From assembly GCA_947449035.1 (NCBI GenBank), contig CANFQC010000008.1, forward strand, positions 4,617-68,616: DNA of 64,000 nt. Direction: 5' to 3'. The notes beneath the pieces were generated by a model that had not been told where the DNA came from, did no database searches, and worked only from the letters and a program-made list of their open reading frames with translations. Of the stretch, positions 59,683 through 64,000 are shown piece by piece. A program made the position numbers and the translations under genes. Position 1 is the stretch's first letter. Each line of letters starts with the position of its first letter. This DNA is from Actinomycetota bacterium. Lineage in GTDB: Bacteria; Actinomycetota; Actinomycetes; S36-B12.

Positions 59683-62174
59683 GAATTCATTCACTTAAAT
59701 TCGCGGCGCTTGGCCCTTTTGCCAGCGAGCAGGTCATCGATTTCGATGCGCTCGGGCCGAGTGCCCTATTTCTCATAGACGGTCCAACCGGCGCAGGTAA
59801 GTCGACGGTCATCGATGCCATCGTTTTCGCGCTGTACGGGGACGTAGCCGGTGAGGCCTCCGACAAGGAACGACTTCGGTCGGCCTTTGCGTCACCCGAG
59901 ACCGAGTCCTTCTCCGAGGTGGATTTCTCCACGATGGCAGGGCGATTTCGAGTCCGACGCACTCCTGCGTACGAGCGTGCGAAGAAGCGTGGCACCGGCA
60001 CCACGGCGGAGCCCTCGACGATTCAGGTGTGGAGATTTATCAGCGAGCAGACCTGGGAGCCCCTGAGCGTTCGGCATGCGGAAGCTGATGCGGAGATCAC
60101 CCGCGCCGTGGGGCTGACCCGGGGGCAGTTCTTGCAGACCGTCGTACTTCCGCAGGGTGAATTCGCGACATTTCTGAGATCCGAGAGCGCTGACCGATTG
60201 CCCATTCTTGAGCGCATTTTCGCGACCGAGGTGTACAGCAGGATCCAGTCAACTTTTGACGATGAACGCCGTTCTGCACTTCGTGCGCGCGAGCAGTCCT
60301 TACAGGAACTCCACAGCGCGCGCGACGTGCTGCGTGGCCAGCTGGAGGGCACCGCGTTCACAATCGAGGTCGAACACGATCTCGAGAATTGGAATGGCGA
60401 GCGTGACGAGTTACTTTCCCAGGTAAATGAGCAGGTCACAAGAGCGGCTGCCGTTACCGATGCTGCTGATGCAGTCTTGGTTGAGGCCACTGCTCGCATG
60501 GATGTTCTCGTCGCGTCTGAGCAAGCGGCCAAGGCAGAAGCATCGGCTCGCGCCCGCCTCGAGCAGATCGATGCGCAGGCGGCCGAACTGTGCCAAGCGC
60601 TGGACCGCAGTGAAGAGTACGAATCGATTGACGATGACATCGCGAACTTGGATGCAGAGATCGAGACCTGCGCTGCCGAAGCTGCCCTCGAAGCTGCACT
60701 TCCTGGTCTGGAGAGGCTAGCTGTTGAGGCAGCTGCACGCCTGGAGCGGCTTAGCGTCTCAGTCCTGGAGCTCCAGCATCAAAGAGACCAGGTGATCCCG
60801 GCACGCATGGCCGCGTATGTGGCGGGGCTCCGAAATGAGGTGCGCGTAGTAGAGGGAGAGGTCGACGCGCAGGAACAGCGGGTGGATGCCCTGCGCACGA
60901 CTCGCTCAGTCGGCCTTGCCGGTGAATTGGCTCAAGGGCTGGTGCAGGGGGATCCTTGCCCGGTCTGCGGTTCGCTCGAGCATCCATTGCCGGCAACAGT
61001 GCATCCAGGACATGTGAGTGCGGAAGTGATCGAGGAGCAAGCACAGCTCCTCGATGCTCAGCGAGAGCAGCTGGAAGCCCTTCGCACGAAAGTCGCCGTG
61101 ATTTCGTCAGCGGTACCTGACAGTGCCGGGGCACCTGAACCCGTGAGTGCAAGCCGTGAGTCAATGCTCGATGCACTTCAATCCGATATCGAGGAACTAG
61201 CAGGCTTCGGAGCTCGCATCGAGGAAGCACGGGCGGAGATCGCCGGGGTTAAGAGCACCCATGATGACCTCCTCTCGCGAATCGACAGAGATCGCAGCCT
61301 GGTGCAGACCTCCCGCGGTGAGTACGCCAGCGTCGTCGAACAATTCGATGTCATTCGTGCACGTCGTGATGCGTTGGTCGCGCTCCGTGAGGCATTCGCA
61401 CTTCGCGCGCAGGCGCAGTCACAACTCGAGTCGTTGAATTCCGACGTGAGCTCTCCGGCTTTCGATGTGCAAGAACTTGAGGCAGCGAAGGGAACGCGCG
61501 AAGAGGCTAATGTCGCAGCTCGTCGTGCCACAGCGGTGTCCACGGCCGCGCGGCAACTTCTCGACGTAGTTGGCGATCTCTGTGCGAAAGTCGATGCAGC
61601 GCAGCTCGCGCTTGAGTTAATCGTCCGAGAAACCTCAGCAACCATTCGGCTGGCGCAAGCCTTGAACGGATCTGGCACCCAGTCGTTGAGTGCCTATGTC
61701 GTACAGCGTGCCTTCGATGAAGTTGTCGAGGCGGCCAACGTACGACTGTCATCAATGCTCGGAGGTCATTTCAGACTCGTCACCACTCGCGAGCGCACTG
61801 GTGGGCGTCGAACTGATCTCGGTCTCGGGCTCAAGGTGCGCGACCTGCGCACCGACTCCGAACGTCGCACCACCACGCTCTCCGGTGGTGAAAGCTTCTG
61901 TGCCTCACTCGCCCTCGCCCTCGGGCTGGCCGACTCGGTCCGGGCACATGCTGGGGGAGTCGAGATCGGGATGCTCTTCATTGATGAGGGATTTGGCGCC
62001 CTCGATGTCGAGCGGCTCGGCGATGTCATGGCCGAATTGCTCCGATTACGGGCCGATGGCCGCTCCGTGGGGGTTATCAGCCACGTCACCGAGATGAAGC
62101 GGGCGATCCCCGAGCGAATCGACGTCCTGCCGGCGGCCTTGGGGAGCACCTTGAACGTGCGCTGGATGGGTTAG
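59679..62174 (+). CDS. sbcC: exonuclease SbcCD subunit C
   Basis: GPTGAGKS, LPQGEF, CPVC hook, LSGGE, FIDEGFG. Confidence 0.93.
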   Translation: MRIHSLKFAALGPFASEQVIDFDALGPSALFLIDGPTGAGKSTVIDAIVFALYGDVAGEASDKERLRSAFASPETESFSEVDFSTMAGRFRVRRTPAYERAKKRGTGTTAEPSTIQVWRFISEQTWEPLSVRHAEADAEITRAVGLTRGQFLQTVVLPQGEFATFLRSESADRLPILERIFATEVYSRIQSTFDDERRSALRAREQSLQELHSARDVLRGQLEGTAFTIEVEHDLENWNGERDELLSQVNEQVTRAAAVTDAADAVLVEATARMDVLVASEQAAKAEASARARLEQIDAQAAELCQALDRSEEYESIDDDIANLDAEIETCAAEAALEAALPGLERLAVEAAARLERLSVSVLELQHQRDQVIPARMAAYVAGLRNEVRVVEGEVDAQEQRVDALRTTRSVGLAGELAQGLVQGDPCPVCGSLEHPLPATVHPGHVSAEVIEEQAQLLDAQREQLEALRTKVAVISSAVPDSAGAPEPVSASRESMLDALQSDIEELAGFGARIEEARAEIAGVKSTHDDLLSRIDRDRSLVQTSRGEYASVVEQFDVIRARRDALVALREAFALRAQAQSQLESLNSDVSSPAFDVQELEAAKGTREEANVAARRATAVSTAARQLLDVVGDLCAKVDAAQLALELIVRETSATIRLAQALNGSGTQSLSAYVVQRAFDEVVEAANVRLSSMLGGHFRLVTTRERTGGRRTDLGLGLKVRDLRTDSERRTTTLSGGESFCASLALALGLADSVRAHAGGVEIGMLFIDEGFGALDVERLGDVMAELLRLRADGRSVGVISHVTEMKRAIPERIDVLPAALGSTLNVRWMG

Positions 62175-62229
62175 CGCAGGTTTCGGGAGGGGTCTGACGG
62201 GCCTGTCTCCAGGTGGCAGGATGACTGCC

Positions 62230-64000
62230 ATGACCGAGAACACCCGTGGACTGCTGAACACCCTGATCGGCCGCCTTGGCCCTGATCTCTCCCTTGCTGA
62301 GCGGTCGGCGCTCTTCGCCGCCGCCGCATCGGTCGGGCCATCTTTCGAGCCGGGTCTCCAGCCGCGCCGCACCATTGATCAGGCCATCGCCACCGGCCTG
62401 ATCTCCGCGACAACTCTTTCTGCGGTCACTGCGACCCAGTCGGTGCTCGAGTCTCTTGGGCGCACCATCGCCCGTGGCCGTACCAACTCAGGTTCTGCCG
62501 CGGCGCGCCTGGCCTTCACCGTCGGAACCAATGCGCTCATCGGCGCGGCGGCCGAGGGTGTCGCACGTGCCATCCCCCCGCGCGAGGATGAACGTCCGCG
62601 ACGCGGGCTCCTGCGTGTAGCGGCAAACCGTACGGCTCGTGTCGCCGCGGTCGGTGCGGGCCTATCAGCGGTGATCGGCACTGTAGACATCATTGCCGAG
62701 GCGCGTCCAGGAACATCGTGGCTCAAGCGTGTGCCTCTCGCGCTACCTGCCGGCGTCGCCGTGTCGGCCTACGAGATTCATCGTGTGCACGTACGCGCAT
62801 CTGCAGTCGGTGACACCACCATCGCCAATGTCTCCACGCGAAATTCCAGCTTGATCGCCATCGGCGTCGGTGCCGGCGTACTCGGGCTGCAGGCTGGTGA
62901 GGGTCTCATCGCCCGCGGTGTCTCGAACGGCTTGAAGAAGGTGGCACCGTCCTACGACTCCGTGTCGAACCCGATTGGCCACCTCGTGGCCCTAGGGCTT
63001 CTTGGTGGTGCGCTCTTCGCGGGTTATGAGTACGCCGTGCGACGAGTGGAGCAAGGCGGTGCGGCAATCGAGCCGGCTTACGATTCCCCGCCCACGAGCC
63101 CATACGTCTCCGGAGGCCCGGGCAGCCTGGTGCCCTTTGACACCTTGTCTCGTGAAGGCCGTCGCTTCACCAACATGGCCCTGACCGGTGATGAAATCGC
63201 CGCCGTCATGGGCCAGCCGGCAAAGGCTGAGCCAGTGCGCGTCTTCGTCGGACTCGACACGGCTGCAGAGCTTGAGGACCGCGTCGACATCTTGATGGAC
63301 GAAATGATTCGCGCCGGTGCATTCGAGCGCCAGGTGCTGGCATTCTCCTCACCGACTGGCTCTGGCTACATCAACTACGTATTCGCCGAAGCGCTCGAGT
63401 ACATGACCCTGGGCGACTGCGCCATCAGCACGATGCAGTACTCGATGCTTCCGTCGTCCATGTCACTCACCCGTACCGGCCTCGCCATTGAGCAGAATCG
63501 TGCGCTCATGCACGCGATGGTCGGCTACATGCGCGGAATCCCCGAGAGCAAGCGCCCGAAGTTCGTGCTGTTCGGCGAGAGCCTTGGTGCGCTCACCCTG
63601 CAGGACATCTGGCGTCACCGCACGGTCGAGGCCATTGATCGCGATTTCGTGCACTCCTCGATCTTCCTCGGTACCCCGTCCGGCACCGAGTTCGCCAAGG
63701 CCTGGCGCCTGGATCCCGAAAAGATCGACCCGAATCACAGCGTCATTGAGGTTGACGATTACGGCCAGTACCTCGCGATGGACGAAGCATCGCGCGCGAA
63801 GGCACGTCACATTCTCATCAGTCACTTCGATGATCCGATCCCGAAGTTCGGTACCAACCTGCTCATGCGCCAGCCCTGGTGGCTTGGCCCGGAGGCTCAG
63901 CGTCCGCCGCGCGTGCCGAAGTCGAGCAGCTGGCGCCCGGGCACGACCTTTGTGCTCACCGGAGTCGACCTCATCAACGCCATGGAGGTCGTGCCCGGCA
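62230..64000 (+). CDS. membrane-associated alpha/beta hydrolase (Abhydrolase_9-like), 3'-truncated by the window
   Basis: Manual translation: SLVPFDTLSREGRRF, PVRVFVGL, PTGSGYIN, YSMLPS, FGESLG; open frame to the window end (absent from the ORF track). Confidence 0.85.
   Translation, partial: MTENTRGLLNTLIGRLGPDLSLAERSALFAAAASVGPSFEPGLQPRRTIDQAIATGLISATTLSAVTATQSVLESLGRTIARGRTNSGSAAARLAFTVGTNALIGAAAEGVARAIPPREDERPRRGLLRVAANRTARVAAVGAGLSAVIGTVDIIAEARPGTSWLKRVPLALPAGVAVSAYEIHRVHVRASAVGDTTIANVSTRNSSLIAIGVGAGVLGLQAGEGLIARGVSNGLKKVAPSYDSVSNPIGHLVALGLLGGALFAGYEYAVRRVEQGGAAIEPAYDSPPTSPYVSGGPGSLVPFDTLSREGRRFTNMALTGDEIAAVMGQPAKAEPVRVFVGLDTAAELEDRVDILMDEMIRAGAFERQVLAFSSPTGSGYINYVFAEALEYMTLGDCAISTMQYSMLPSSMSLTRTGLAIEQNRALMHAMVGYMRGIPESKRPKFVLFGESLGALTLQDIWRHRTVEAIDRDFVHSSIFLGTPSGTEFAKAWRLDPEKIDPNHSVIEVDDYGQYLAMDEASRAKARHILISHFDDPIPKFGTNLLMRQPWWLGPEAQRPPRVPKSSSWRPGTTFVLTGVDLINAMEVVPG

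Overview
High-GC actinobacterial chromosome segment. Gene order and the many apparently leaderless promoters fit Actinomycetota; a freshwater Nanopelagicales-like lineage is only my guess. Positions 1-34 kb are mostly conserved core: end of leuS, ycaQ-degV-plsY-comEA-comEC-holA, rpsT, lepA-hemW-(vapBC)-hrcA-dnaJ-rsmE-hit-phoH-ybeY-corC-cdd-era-recO-uppS, a Zur-regulated zinc ABC operon, glyQS, dusB, dgt and dnaG. tRNA-Asn(GTT) and a CAT-anticodon tRNA follow, then an accessory region (about 37-53 kb) with no integrase. The window ends with an APC permease, aldehyde dehydrogenase, FN3-L,D-transpeptidase, sbcDC and a partial alpha/beta hydrolase. Best leads: (1) three adjacent, otherwise unrelated exported proteins share a Trp-rich, two-Cys C-terminal module (Q-x-[YI]-[GA]-R...C...SWxxW...GGxVC), a candidate surface-anchoring or sorting signal; (2) a ~240-nt candidate structured ncRNA with its own promoter, three GNRA hairpins and a terminator; (3) an orphan NHLP-leader RiPP precursor (core YNWTTPNHACAD); (4) a stand-alone carrier protein-thioesterase didomain; (5) several candidate cis-elements. 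All calls come from reading the sequence by eye; no database searches were run.
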